64,000 nt of DNA from Cenococcum geophilum (GCA_050273025.1 CP158635.1:27714001-27778000), one strand, 5' to 3'; shown: positions 35,762-49,222, counted from the first letter of the stretch. The notes: generated by a model from the sequence alone, not told the origin. Numbers and translations: made by a program.

Positions 35762-37010
35762 ATGCCATACCCTTTCCAATTTGGGCACATTCGTGTTCCT
35801 CAGGGTAACAGCTATCCAGATCGTCTTGTCTTGGGCTGCATGACGTTTCCTCGGCCAGAATCTTTTCCGCCAGTACCGCCCCAGCAGCAGCGTTTTCCTC
35901 CAAGAGCATATCCTCAAGATCACAACGGCATCGATCCAACGATTTCTGTATCATATGCGCGCCTCCAGAATCAGCGAGGAATTGTTCAGAACCAACCTGC
36001 GTCAGCAATTCTGCAACACCATCGATTTGCAGCACCTCATCAATATCAGGTATCAAGAAGCCTGCAACAGTATGACCAACCTGTGTTAGAAAGAAATCCA
36101 ACATACCAGCGATATCCACGCATCCCGATGCTATCTACCACCAGCGGCGGTAAACCCGTTCAGAAACCTCCCAGCCCAGGTCCCGCCAGGTCACCCAATC
36201 CGCAAGCGCAGTTTCCAGCGCACATATCTCCATGTCGCACCGAAAACTCCCCAAACCGTTCCTGAAATCAAGGCTACCGGTTCGCCCTCAGCTCCTCATC
36301 ACACATCATTGATGCTCACACCTCCATCGACACCCACGCCATTTCCGCGCTGGTCGAACAAGCAGAGTCGCCCAAGCACGACTACTACCAAACGTCCCAC
36401 CGCGACGCAGTGGAAGCGCTTAGCAGCAGCAGCGACACCACAGCGCCCCAACCCTCCCCCTCCGCCCGGCTACGCGCCAGCATCCTCCGTACCTCGAGGC
36501 TACGACGCAGCGCCAACTCCGCCAATCCCTGCCGCACCCTCAGCCGCCTACCTGGAAGTCTGCAAGTACTGCTACGGGGTGGGCGGAGCCCACAAGCGCC
36601 CCTGCGATACCGCGTTCCGCGTCTTCCAGACTCTGCCGCCGAAGATTGCGAACCTCGACCACGCCGATCATGCCGACCGCGCCGCTCGCGCGAAAGCGGC
36701 TGCAGAGCGGGCGGCAGCGTCGCAGGCGGGAGCGCAGAGTGAGCAGTGCAAAAACTGCAAGGTGCGGAACGGGGAGCATCTGCCAGGGTGTGCGTTAGCG
36801 AATGATCAGTTTGCGCCTGGCGCGAAGGCAGACGCTGGTGCGGTTGTGGGACGCAAGCGTGGGCGGTGCGAGGACGAGGAGCTCTTGGCGCTTGATCGGG
36901 AGAGTGCGGAAATGCGGGAGTTGAGGAAACACAGGGTTGGCGAGTTGCTGGCGGAGCGGGCTGGGAGCTATTTGGCGCAGGAGGAGAGGGATGCGAGGGA
37001 GTTGGGGTAG
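35762..37010 (+). CDS. Hypothetical Pro/Gln-rich protein with two CxxC-x7-H-x3-C motifs (exon structure unresolved)
   Basis: ORFs 35762-36265 and 36309-37010, GC-rich coding-like. Motifs CKYCYGVGGAHKRPC and CKNCKVRNGEHLPGC. Confidence 0.5.
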
Positions 37011-38987
37011 TGGAGATGGGGAGGGTGTTCTAGTAGATGAGGGGATGTTGGAGAAGAGACAGCAAGAGGCGAAATGAAAAGAACGAGGTGTAGCTAGAGG
37101 TCGTTGGAGTAGCTGATTGGATGAGATGTTGATTGGTATTTTTAGTCTGGTGTTCTCAATTAAGCGGTTGGATAGTATTCAGATACCAATTCCGTCGGTC
37201 TTGAGGTCTTTTAGAGCTGGCTTCTTGAAGATTCTCAGCGGTCCCTGGTCGTTTTAGTCATTCAGTTTCTTCATATTTTAGTTAGATAGTGTTATGGAGA
37301 GTTGAAGAGGGTTTGGATTATTTTCTGTCCATTGTTCGCGTACATTGTTTTACTGAGGTAATTACGTCGATTCTCTAAGTGGAAGCGCGGACGTCCTATT
37401 GATAGCAGTATTTACGTTGGATATCGAATCGCGAGACTGTACAAACTTGACTGTTCCATTGATGATACTGTGAAGCACTCCCGAGAGGTATCGCGCCCTA
37501 ACGCCAACTATCGATTCATAGAGCCAACATGATCACTGATACATGCCCTTGCTCTTTTTCTTGCTCATCAACCTCGTCAACCAATGCCATGACTGTATGT
37601 CCAACCCACTCTTCGCCCAAGTTCCCTATCCCTAGCGCTTCCTTTCGAAAAAAGATGTCGAGGCCATAATCGCGACGCTCTGGTCCATCGCCCACTCGCC
37701 GACCCAGAGGTAGTTATCGATCCATTTTTTGAGCTCAGGTGATTCAGTGACACTCTCTGATCGAATGCTGGGGCTACGGTCCCAGGATGTGGGATATGTT
37801 AGCCTTGGGTGCTCTCTTTCATATAGTCGCATTGGGAAAAAATAACTCAGTGGGTCGAGTGGAATAGGTGGGTGCGAGGGATGCCGTACGTTAAGCCTGT
37901 TGACCGCTTCACGCCGGCCAGGAAGGCGGAGACTGAGAGATAGATTAGCCGAGAGATTATGCGTACGGGTACTGGAGGAGAGGGCGCACAGAGAACGGCG
38001 TCGAAGGCGTAATGTGTTAGCCTGCCGAGCTGGATGGGATGTTAGAAGTAGCTCGCCCAATAGCTGAACAAATTGGGTTACGTACAACCATGATAGGCCG
38101 ACTTTTGTGGTTACAATGGGTTTTATAGAACCAAGATAGGGTGTTGAGAGTAGGAGGGAGTGAGAGAAATTGTAGCGTGATGTATAGGAGGTCACTTGGG
38201 CCGGGTGTAGTCCGTATCTTGTGATGGAGCTGGGTGGCTCGATAGCGCAGGTGAGCAGTCGATTAAGTTAATCACGTGATTACAACATCTGGTAGCTGAC
38301 TAAGTTCGAAAATTTCCTCGGAGAAATCGGGCCGTTCTTCTTTAAGCCTTAGCCTATTCGATACGCGCAACAAAAGGTAACCCAAGGCTCCAATAGTTTT
38401 TGTTCTTTTGCATTTAAGCCTCTCTGGCACGCAGCACACGGTGAATATTTACTATGAATATCCTCGTAGTTCTTGAAGTTTAGCTTGATTCAAAGACGAA
38501 GAAACGGAAATCATTGGACGTCAATTCCGTGGAGATCAACTTGTTGCCTGGCCTTATCGCAATGCGAGCTTTTTGGGGTGGTGGGGTGAATCTAATCGCT
38601 GCACATGGACGTCAAATCTGCTTGCATGGATTTGCTTCTTTTTTTGCTCCACCTTTGCGTATAAATGAGAAATCAATGACCTGAGACTGCCGGAGCTCCA
38701 GCTTACTCTGTATTCCGGTCTGATCTCCACTCTGACCTTGAAGCTGTGATTACAGCTGTTGCACAACGTCGCCGGCCCCATTTACCATCTGCCCCACGTA
38801 ATCCCGTAAAAGGTACCAACCGCTCCTTCCTTTCGCTCCCCGAGTAATGAAAGCTAATGAAAACTGCCCGTGCTTAAATGCAACTTGCTGATCTGTTCCC
38901 TGCCTCAACCACTTTTAGTTCTCCCAAATCCCTCACATCCACACCAAATTCCCACCTCCCAACTTACCTTGAGAGATACCCTCAGTC

Positions 38988-41000
38988 ATGGCGAACGCTT
39001 TAGATCACTTGAGTGCTGGCCGGACGAGGATCGAATGGCTCTCACAGCTAAACACCGAGTACCATCCTGCGAAGGAGTACCGCCGGACTTCAATTATCGG
39101 CACCATTGGTGAGTGCAGAGCTGCGGGAGAGCTACTTCAGAATTCAACCTCTCAGAATTGGAACTGGCTAACAATTTCCCGGCAGGTCCGAAGACAAATT
39201 CTGCTCAGAAGATCAACGCCCTGCGAAAAGGTAACTTGGAGCTTTTCGAATGCTGAAATTCACAATGCTAATAAGCTGTAGCTGGTCTCAATGTTGTTCG
39301 CATGAACTTTTCTCACGGATCATATGAGGTACGTCTGGTTGCAAGGCTAGTCTACTCGATCGAATGGAAGCTAATCGCTCGATAGTACCACCAATCTGTC
39401 ATTGACAATGCGCGAGAGGCTGAGCGCACTCAGCCTGGTAGACCTCTTGCAATTGCTCTGGATACCGTGCGTTTATCCTCTCTATCCACTACACGTCGAT
39501 ATGAACTCATAAATATACTCGAGTTTAGAAAGGCCCTGAAATCCGAACTGGAAACACTATCGGAGATGAGGACATTCCAATCAGCGCTGGTGACATAATG
39601 AACATCACGACTGACGAGGCATATGCAACAAAGAGTGACAATAAGAATATGTGGGTGTTATTTTTACAAGCTCAAACCTTGCTTAGAAACTTTATGGAAG
39701 GCTGAAGCTAACACTTCTTGTTATTAGGTACGTCGACTACAAGAACATCACTAAAGTGATCGAAAAAGGTCGTACGATCTACGTCGATGACGGTGTCCTC
39801 TCCTTTGGAGTCCTCGAAGTCGTTGACGACAAGACCGTAAAATGCAAATGTTTGAACAACGGCAAGATCTCCTCTAAAAAGGGTGTCAACCTCCCGAAAA
39901 CCGATGTCGACCTTCCTGCTCTCTCAGAGAAGGATAAGGCAGATCTCCGCTTCGGCGTGAAGAACAAGGTCGACATGATCTTCGCCTCGTTCATCCGCCG
40001 CGGCGACGACATCAAAGCCATCCGTGAGGTCTTGGGCCAGGACGGCAAGCACATTCAGATTATCGCCAAGGTTGAGAATCAACAGGGTGTGAACAACTTC
40101 GATGAGATTCTCAGGGAGACGGACGGCGTCATGGTTGCGCGTGGTGATCTCGGTATCGAAATCCCGCCCAGCCAGGTCTTCATCGCCCAGAAGATGATGA
40201 TCACCAAGTGCAACATCGCAGGCAAGCCAGCTATTTGCGCGACACAGATGCTCGAATCCATGACATACAACCCTCGCCCGACCCGAGCTGAAGTCAGTGA
40301 TGTCGGTAATGCAGTGTTGGATGGTGCGGACTGCGTCATGTTGTCTGGTGAGACTGCCAAGGGCAATTACCCTGTGGAAGCTGTCACTATGATGCACGAG
40401 ACATGTCTGCTGGCTGAGGTTGCTATCCCATATGTGAGCGCTTTTGATGAGTTGAGGAAATTGGCCCCGGTTCCAGTTCCTACTACAGAAACCTGCGCTA
40501 TGGCGGCTGTGAGCGCAAGTTTGGAGCAGAATGCCGGGGCTATCTTGGTCTTAACCACCAGGTAAATTATTTCTGATTAAGCGGAGGTTGGGGATTTAAA
40601 GCTGACGATGACTAGCGGTAACACTGCGCGCCTGGTTTCCAAATACCGACCCGTCTGCCCAATCATCATGGTTACCCGAAACGCTATGGCCTCCCGCGTA
40701 AGAACCGGAAATCATTTCCCGCTTCCTAATTTCAACTAACTTGAACAGTACTCTCATCTCTACCGTGGTGTCTACCCCTTCTACTTCCCTGAGCCAAAAC
40801 CCGACTTCAGCAAAGCTTCGTGGCAAGAGGACGTCGACCGCCGTCTTACATGGGGTATTATGAACGCCATCAAGCTCGGCGTGCTGAACAAGGGCGACGC
40901 CGTCGTATGTGTGCAAGGCTGGCGAGGCGGCATGGGCCACACCAACACGCTCCGCATCGTTCCGGCCAGGGAAGACTTGGGCCTGGACCAGGATGCTTAA
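38988..41000 (+). CDS. PYK1: Pyruvate kinase; exons 38988-39108, 39186-39230, 39282-39328, 39386-39466, 39529-39650, 39728-40561, 40616-40697, 40749-41000
   Basis: Motifs [57 protein letters not shown] and MLSGETAKG. Seven GT-AG introns give a continuous frame. Confidence 0.98.
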
Positions 41001-41010
41001 AGTAGTGCTT

Positions 41011-41037
41011 GGGCTAGGGCTAGGGCTAGGGCTAGGG
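41011..41037 (+). repeat. (GGGCTA)4GGG microsatellite in the pyruvate kinase 3' UTR
   Basis: Read directly, starting 11 nt after the stop codon. Confidence 0.9.
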
Positions 41038-42696
41038 ATTCTCTAGCGGGATAGGTTGGCGCTTTGTGTATCTACAGTAACGAACTGCAATGGATTTCTA
41101 CACAAGCTGTGTGATAAGATGTGAGGGAATTGTAAGGGGACAGGAGGGTTGGATTGAGACGCGGTCATGTGAGGGCACTCTCGCTATTCGCGCTAGAAAC
41201 TAAGCATCTAAATATGTACGCGTATGGAGCGTACGATATGTTGTGCAACAAGGATTGGCGTGCAGTTGCAGTTTATTCGCAGTTCACCTCTAACAGATCT
41301 CTTCGTCTGTCAGGATTTTGCCACCTCTTAAATACTTGGAGCGCTGCCTTTAGAAGCTTGTTGAACTTTTTGCGAGTATCCCTTAGCACGATGAAATGGG
41401 CCCTGCTGTTATCGATAAGAGTCAGCCAATTGGATCAATAGGATCAAGCGTACTTTTGATGTTCGCGCACAGACCACCTTCCCGTAGGGTCCCATCGTGC
41501 TAAGGGATAGAAGTGTCCCACGTGATCAAGGGAGCTAAGTTTTCTTGATAGGCTAGAGCATAATTCAAAATTGCAAGCGAACCTTCGCTACGGATCACAT
41601 AGCAGAATCTCCTTATATAAACTCTACGCCTTGCTATTAAGTAAAGGCTATCAATCTGCTGTCTAAGTACTGCATAAAACAATCCATATAGCCTATCTCT
41701 TAGGGTTAAGCCACTTAATATAAGGTAGCCAACACTTATCCTTTCTACAGAATGGAATTTGACATATTTTACAGCCACAATGCGTCCTTGGCGCTCTTGG
41801 CGCTCAGATCAGTATTATTGGAAGTACGATTGGAAGTACGATTGGAAGGCATGGTTGATAGTAATGTATTGATCAAATCTATGTAGGCTATACGCGTAGT
41901 TTTGATTCTGCTATTCCGCACGGACCATTACCAGAGTAGCTGTTTTATGAAGGGTACCAACAGAGCAGTTTTCGAGATCGCACCATCCTATGTAAAACTT
42001 TTTACTACCGCCCACAACGTTCAACAACCACCACCAGCACCTACCCACACGCTGTGCGACGTCTCTGCGTCGGTTCTGCTAAATCCGAAGATTAGCAAGT
42101 TCGTAACCGTCACCTCGTACAGGTGCAGAGTCCGATTTCGACGGCCTATATATGTATATATCTATGTCTATATCTCCGTGTGTATATATAGCATATACTC
42201 TAGACATTTTAGTGTGTGCGGTTGCTTAAGTTAAATATAGCTACCGATGCGCGTTCTGTATAGGTAAAAGTTAGGTACCGCCGACCTTTTTCCGGCGGCT
42301 CTATCGGTGATCACGCTGAGCTTTCGCCGATCCCCATCGGCGACCGGACCACGCTCAGCTGTTCCCCGGAACTTAATTTTTCGCTACGAGTGACGTGGCG
42401 ATGCAGGCATGCTGGTGTCTAGTTCAGCCACACAAGGCTTGGCTCTGTTATTAGCCGGGGTCCGGGTTAATAAACATATCCCTTAACCCGTTGATTCTGG
42501 CGCAACGATATCGATAAGTATTAGCCAATAGGAGGCCCTTATTCGAACCTTTGTGTACAGCTCAGCACGGTGCCAAGCTGGCCTCAGCGTCGCGCCTCAA
42601 CGGGATATGTTGTCTGTTACTTTGTCTTCAGTGTTTTCTTGCCCTTAAACTCTTCTATACAGTTATACTTTGTTACGGGTCAAGCTCTTGGTGGAG

Positions 42697-43083
42697 ATGA
42701 CAAGGATATTAACCGCACATCAACCACCTGACGAAAGTGATTTCTTCCTGCTCTCCCTTGACGGTGGTGGGGTGCGCGGTCTCTCGTCGCTGATGATCCT
42801 CCGGCAGCTCATGAAAACGGTAGACTCGGAGAACCCGCCCGAGCCTGGAAGCATTTTGACATGATTGATACCTCGACCGGCGGGCCTATCGCGATCATGC
42901 TCGGCGGGCTCCGCATGAGCATTCAGAAAAGCATCACTGCATACTCGGGCCTTTCGGACAAAGACTTTAAAAAGACGAAACATCGCGTGAATCTGAAAGG
43001 CAAAATCCAGGGTAGATTCGACGGTGAGATGTTCAACGGGTCATTGTCGCCAGCCTTGAAGCCCTCCGCGAGGATCTGTTGAT
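42697..43083 (+). pseudogene. Patatin-like phospholipase fragment
   Basis: LLSLDGGGVRGLSSLMILRQLM, then a frameshift, then IDTSTGG.IAIMLG.LRMS (degenerate GTSTG). Truncated before the catalytic Asp. Confidence 0.8.
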
Positions 43084-43399
43084 GAGCTCCGATAATGGAT
43101 CGGTACGAAAACCTCCGTTCAGCTTCACAAAGGCGGGGCTTACAGCCAAGATTTCAAATTTCGCCTAACCCAACATTATGGCAGACACCATATGCCAGAG
43201 GATCGTCTTCATCTGCTCGACATTTGCCTAGCCCTGAGGAGGATTCCCTAATAAAAGCACGGAGTACTTGACGGAGAACACCGGAGGCATTGTTTTCTAG
43301 ATTTCAACTATCGTCAAAACACTCCTCTCAACAATTCTTTGCCCCGCATATACTTTCGATATCCTTGAGAAGACACTTGATACATTACCGCCAACTATC

Positions 43400-43978
43400 G
43401 AAAATCTATATAGCTTTATTGTTGGTGATGTCATTACTAGGTTGTCTAACAGTATCAAAGGCGAGCGGTATGAAGGGCGAGGAAGTGACCTTTTGGTACT
43501 CTCTAGAAAGAGCTTGATTTGGGCCTACGGAGCATCTTTGCATCAGCCTTTGCGCCTCTCAGAGCTATGAGATGCTCTTGCCATGCCCGATAAGAAAGAC
43601 CGCGAGCTTTTGAGCTGGGATCCCTTCTGGACACATCGAGTGCAAATTGACAACTGGTCACAGTTCCACCGCAGCCCCTTGGATTTGTGTGGACCGCTCT
43701 TGGACTTCCTGTCACCAAAAATTGTAGAACAAAACAGGTTAGACGATCAACAGAGCAAGGTCGGGCCCTCAGATATTATTCAGCTGCTTCATTCAACTGC
43801 CAAAGAATTCCTCTCGAGTTCTAAAGCGGCAAAATGCTTTGCATTCCCCCTTGAGGATGCTACGATTCTTGTGGGGAATGGGTCCAAACTCTACTGTATA
43901 TTGAAATCACCCTGCCAACAAACCCCACGGAATTCTCGCTTCTACTGGTGCGAGCAGAGAGTGGCTCGGACAGGCTAA
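43400..43978 (+). pseudogene. Fragment resembling the post-NACHT winged-helix region of a fungal NLR
   Basis: LCGPLLD...IIQLLHSTAKEFL resembles the conserved V.LxH.TAKEFL segment. No P-loop is seen. Confidence 0.5.
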
Positions 43979-44139
43979 CCCTCGATGGAAATAGACGGCG
44001 TGTGAACGTGACTGAGCGCTGAAGAGCTGACGGTGATTTGCTCCTAAGTAAAGGGCCCTGTTTACTGATACAAGCAAGAAGCTCGATAGAAGTTTATTTG
44101 TCTACCCTGGTAATAACAATAACTTTCTATAAGACTATA

Positions 44140-45821
44140 CTAGGTAGCTGACCCACTATTTGAGAATCTGCCAACCCTTTCAAATGGTCTCAAATTTGGC
44201 TGCTGCTCCCGTGGGACGGCGGGGCCACCTAAAAAATCCTTTCTCCTAATGGTTGGACTAACTTGAGGAGATTGCACGTTACCGTTTTCCACACTGATAA
44301 CCAACGAATCCCTCCGTGCAGATCCACTTATGGAGCTTCCGCCCGCGCCCCGCCTGTTCCTCTTTCTGCACTCGCTCACTTCCTGCTGGGCGGAGATAAC
44401 TTCGGCCTGGTCATGCCAGAGCACGTATCCTTGGTGCACGACCGTCTCGTCCCCAGGGATATGTAAGCGTGGGAAAAGATACAACGCCTCAGATTGTGGT
44501 GTCTGTTGCTGCTGAGTTATTTTGCCGAAAGCCTCTAACCAAGCCCAGTCGTATTCGTACTCAAGGGGCTCTTCAATATGAACTTCGATTTCCTTTTTAC
44601 TGTGCTGCATTTCTAGCCACAGATTCGCAGCCTCTTTAAATAATTCCTCCAGCCTGGCTTGGAATTCTGTGCCATCATCACTAAGGAAAAGGCGCAGCTG
44701 TTCATGAACATTCTCGGATGCCTCTCTTGCCACATCGGCCACCGCGTTGTTTTCGTCTTCTGTCTGACGATTGGAGAGGAGGAGTGCGCGCACAATATCA
44801 CCCTTCCGGCTCCTGGCCCCGAAATGACGGTTCAGGATATCCTTGGTCCTCCAGCTCTCTTCAACAGACTCAGGGACGTACCATGGCCTGAAAATATTCG
44901 TGTAGAGCTGGGCGGCGAAGATATGCAATGCAGCAGCCACACGCATAAGCTTAGCTACGGGGGAGTTAGTAGGAGGAAAGCTTAGCTTCACACGCAGCCC
45001 CCTCAGCTTCTCCCAGGAGGTAATATCCTGTTAAGGCAAGGTTAGTGTTTTAGAGGTAGTGACCGGGGAGCGAACATACTTTCAACGCTTGACTAGGGAG
45101 ATCAATAGAAAAAGTGGTGTTCATCACATCAAGGCAGCGTTGGAAAAACTGGTCCAGATTTACCCTTCTATCAGCCCTTAGAGTCAGTATATTGGATGTC
45201 TAGGCATCGCCAACGTAAGTATTTCACTTACAAATCATTGAGATTCATGTCTTTCAGTTGGGAGAGATAATTGTCCCATTCCTGCAGCCGACGCTTGTTG
45301 ATATCGCACTCCTTTCTCGCGAAATCTGCTTCCTCGGTCGCTTGAGCTAGACGGCTATCTAGAAAGCGAACATTCTCTTGCAAGGACACTAAATCCGCTT
45401 CCATGCTTTGTACTTTCCTTTTATACGTGGTTTCAGCCTGATTTTTTTCCCTCTCTCCCTGTCGTTTGAGATCAGCCGTTTCTTTATCCCACTTCTTGTA
45501 ACGAGCCTCAAAAGTGTCCAGCATTTGCGCTTCTATAAAAGAGATGCGTTTATTCTTCTCCGACAGCTCAGCTGTCTTCTCGGCAAGTTCACTTTGCATC
45601 GTGCTGTTCTCCTTAATGATTCGGTCCATATCGGAATATTCGCGAGAGTGCTTGGAGACTCTCTGTAGTATATCCTGAAAATCGTTCCAGTCTTGCGACA
45701 CCTGCTTATGTCTCGCAGCTAGATCTTTTTGCGAGAGGCTCCCGGTTCTCGTCGGGGTGGTGTCGCTTCCCGCGGTGCCTCCAGCAGCGGAGCTGGCATT
45801 GGAGTTCAATTTCGACGACAT
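44140..45821 (-). CDS. Coiled-coil hypothetical protein; exons ~45821-45232, 45168-45080, 45028-44140 (may have an upstream exon)
   Basis: Two GT-AG introns with CTGAC/CTAAC branch sites join the 197-aa heptad-rich ORF and the 283-aa ORF in frame. Confidence 0.75.
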
Positions 45822-47347
45822 ACTATGGGGGTTGACTGGGTCATCAAGTTAGTTTAGTATAGCGGCTAGTTGACGGAGGGGATATAGTAAGGGGAAATCG
45901 CGTACCCTGCTTAGCCTGACTGGCTGCGACCTCCCAAAGTGAAGATCGACCGCTCGATGAAGCCTTTTGTTAGATTGCTGGGTTCTAGCCAGAGTAAATA
46001 AACATCAGTGTGCAACAGCCTCACATGGGCTGCCGCGCCGTTCTCTAACACCGCATCGTCACACTTGGCTGCCTAGTTTGCCCCGTTCCTAAAGAGAGAG
46101 GCAGGCTGGCGGATTTAGTTTCCACGAGCCGTTTGCATATGACAATCGAGGGATGGGCATGCAGAAAACAGCTTTTCCTGCAAATGGCGCGCAAAGTGAA
46201 CGATGTGGTTCGGTGCAATTGGCTGGGACAATCTTGGACCAAAGCGCCAGTCACAATCTAGGTTGGACGATTTCCTTGGCTAAGCCACGTTTTAGATATG
46301 CGAAAGCTTGAGTGGACCATCGGCTGGGCGTCTTGCAGGGCGTTCTGTCTCGTTCTCTGGGTCCCCAAAAGCCTTTGAAACGTGCCCTCAGCAGATAGCT
46401 CCGACCTCTTTTCTGGTGAATCAATGCTGGGGGCAGTAGAAGCTAATGAACAGAGATCGTTCGATGCCCTTGCAAAACGATAGTTGTGTTAGATCCCCAA
46501 CCAAACATGGGCTAAGTGACATTCCGAGGAAAATTTTGTTTGTGAGAGATGATGGTATCTATTTTCTTCCGCCTTACGAAGACGATTGACTGGACCAGCA
46601 TGCCTAGATCCAATAATTCGTCGGGATAAAAAAAATAAAAACTATACAGGAGAATACCGAAATTCATTTTGGTTACAGAAATATTAAGTTACGATAACTC
46701 ACCGTTAAACTTATATTTTACTTCTCCTATAATATTAACACAACCCAAAATAACCCTGGACGGCATAAGAAGGTCCTATGGAGGTGGGAGCCTCATCACC
46801 AAAAATGGACGCTCAGTGGAGCGTGGGGTATATCAGAGCATGTCAACAAGATCACTGAGGGAGTAGATAATAAAGGGCTATACGCGCAAAAGCGTATTAT
46901 ATTGGTAAGGCAGAGTACAGAACTTAAGCTCCCTAGCCCTATATCTATCACATATCGGGGGGGCTGATTTGGCGCGGTTACGACCCGGGTTAATACGAGG
47001 TTAGGGCCACCCCTGCTGATAACGCACCCGAACCCCGCACGAGGTCGCGCAGCGACCGCCCCCGAGTACTTTCTGTCAGGGCACTGAGCAGGCTGATGGA
47101 ATGATACATATGATACTCTATGAGGAAGAATCTCAGGGGCTCGAAGGCCCCGAGAAGATATCTACACGATGGCCCGCGCGCTGTCACGTGACACGTCGCT
47201 GAGCTCAAAGAGACTGCCCAAGTACCCCCCCTACCAACACTTTCGCATGCGATTTTGGGCGAAAAGGTACATAATTTGTGTTAGATTGGTACTTCTGGAC
47301 GGTCGCGTAATGTTGATCTGAATTTACAACACCTAAACGGGCTCTAT

Positions 47348-47587
47348 TCCTATATTAAGGCGTCTTAGTTGCTATAGTGTAGTTATATATTAAGACATCT
47401 TGGTTACTATAGTATAGTCCTATATTAGGGCGTCTTGGTTAATGCAGTGCAGTTATATATTAAGGCGTTTCGGTCACTATAATACAGTTCTATATTAAGG
47501 CGTCTCGGTCACTACAGTGTAGTCCTATATTAAGACGTCTCGGTCACTAGTACAGTCCTATATTAAGGCGCCTTGGTTACTGTAGTA
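47348..47587. repeat. Seven tandem copies of a ~35-bp unit (TCCTATATTAAGGCGTCTCGGTCACTACAGTGCAG consensus)
   Basis: Read directly. Copies differ mostly by RIP-type transitions. The array lies just 3' of the Crypton ORF. Confidence 0.9.
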
Positions 47588-47599
47588 AAATAGGTATTA

Positions 47600-49029
47600 T
47601 CTACTACCTAAGAGGGAGTCTCCCCTGCCCTAGATATTCTTATAAAGCCAATCTAAAGAATGCCGGCCTTGTAGCTATTCTAGCTAGTTAATAGCCTATC
47701 TTTCGTTTCTTGCCGTACCGTCTTCTACGCGCCGTCTTATATCTTTAATTATCTTACGGCAACGACTATAGAACATAGCCTCGCCATTAACCCGCCAGCG
47801 TGCCCCCTAGCAGCGGTTAAAAGCTTTAATTAACAGCTTACCTGCTAGCCCTAAAGTCTACTTAGTCTAGAGCTAGAAGACTAAATTACCACCTTAAAGC
47901 ATTTTATATTTCCTTAGCGGCGCCTATAGGTTAAGGATAAATAGGAGAGATAGTTAAGTATTAGCTTATTCCTGCGTTAGTAGGGGTAATGCAGATATAG
48001 TAGACGGCTAAGTAGGCGGTGTAGATATTGTAAACGGCTAAGCGGATAGTGCGGATATTATAAACGGCTAAGTAGACGGTGCGGATATTATAGACGGCTA
48101 AGCGGGCGGTATAGATATAGTAGATATTATAATAGACGGCGCGGGCTCGCCTAAAGGTAGACATATAGACTCTATAGGCCCTATTTAGATACCTATCTTT
48201 CCTTACTAGATCTATATAGGTGCGAATAATGCTAATAACCTTTCTATCTCGCTAAGGCGTTCTAAGATTATCTACACGCGTAATTAAACTCCCTTTATCT
48301 TGGAGATTACGGCCTTATATCTTAGCTTAGCTACGGCCTTATAGGTGGGCCAGTATTTCCATATTATTAGCTTATTTAGCGTAACTATATTAGCTAGTAA
48401 GCTTTCTACCTATATAGCAAACCTCTAGTACTTCTTATAGCTAAAGAGGGGGTCTTTCTATAGGGGGTTAAGTGGGAACTGCTTATATAGGATTACTAAG
48501 TCATATAATAGGATTACCCTAAGCGTATAGAGGAGGCGTAGAAATCCTAAGCCCGTAAGGTTAAGCTGTATAACCTTATTATTAGCCCTACTTAAGTAGT
48601 AGGCCTCTATACATTTTAGCTAGACGTTAGTTTTAGGCTATATCTTTAAATAGAGGGCCTCCTCTAGCACCTTCCGTGCGTGGGGGAGAAAGTAGCCTTT
48701 TCCTTTCTTTAGGAAGCTAGTAATTAACCGTATAAATATATAGGGTAGGTAGCTAAGGTAGGCTTCTATTATTACGTCCATATTCTAGCGTCCAGCCCAT
48801 TTAATTTAGGTCTCTTTAACGCCGTTAAGCTCGGTATACCGGACGCTCTACTTATAGGCGCTATAGGTTTTCTCCTTTAAGTAAATTCCTACCCCCTAGA
48901 ATATCTTTTTATTCTATTTAAACTGCGTATAATAGCTTAGCGGCTATTATAGTACTTTAATACTACTAGGGAAGACGTATAGGTTATAGTAATTCTCTAG
49001 CCACTAAAAGGATGGGAAGCTTTTAGCGC
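47600..49029 (-). mobile_element. CryptonF-type tyrosine-recombinase transposon, 3' part (NDC10_II-like + GCR1_C), RIP-degraded, interrupted by Gypsy
   Basis: Minus strand reads EKT(H)...ELNGV.ET.I..AGR(W)NMD....AYLS.LP...GYFLP.AR and, at the C-terminus, (W)GARWRVNGEAMFYSR.RKIIKDIRRR. There are 30-bp in-frame repeats at ~47990-48140. Confidence 0.8.
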
Positions 49030-49222
49030 TGTTACGGAACGTAGGCAATGGCTACAGAGCGTATATATTTGAGGAGTCTGCAAGACGTTGCGCGATTAAT
49101 CGTGAGGGTCGAGGGCGTAAGGAGGTAATATACCTACGCGTAGCTGACATAAGCTGTATATAAGGTATACGCAAGAGCATAGGGCTCTCCTGTAGAGGCC
49201 CTTACGGTAGGGTTCCGTAATA
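49030..49222 (-). repeat. 3' LTR of Gypsy A (193 bp)
   Basis: Reverse complement of 63603-63795. Termini are TGT...A(C/T)A. Confidence 0.9.

Noticed and set aside
37632..38195. 187-aa minus-strand ORF upstream of pyruvate kinase
   Set aside because: Non-ATG start and no recognisable domain. The distal part might be coding, but the evidence is insufficient.
39779..40940. Several antisense ORFs over pyruvate kinase, and over the CHAT gene at 29039-31539
   Set aside because: Expected shadow frames of codon-biased genes.
41786..41848. Short tandem duplications (CTTGGCGCT x2, TTGGAAGTACGA x2)
   Set aside because: Two-copy slippage repeats with no supporting structure.
47348..47587. 35-bp repeats resembling a CRISPR array
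   Set aside because: The units are contiguous with no unique spacers, the context is eukaryotic and there are no cas genes.
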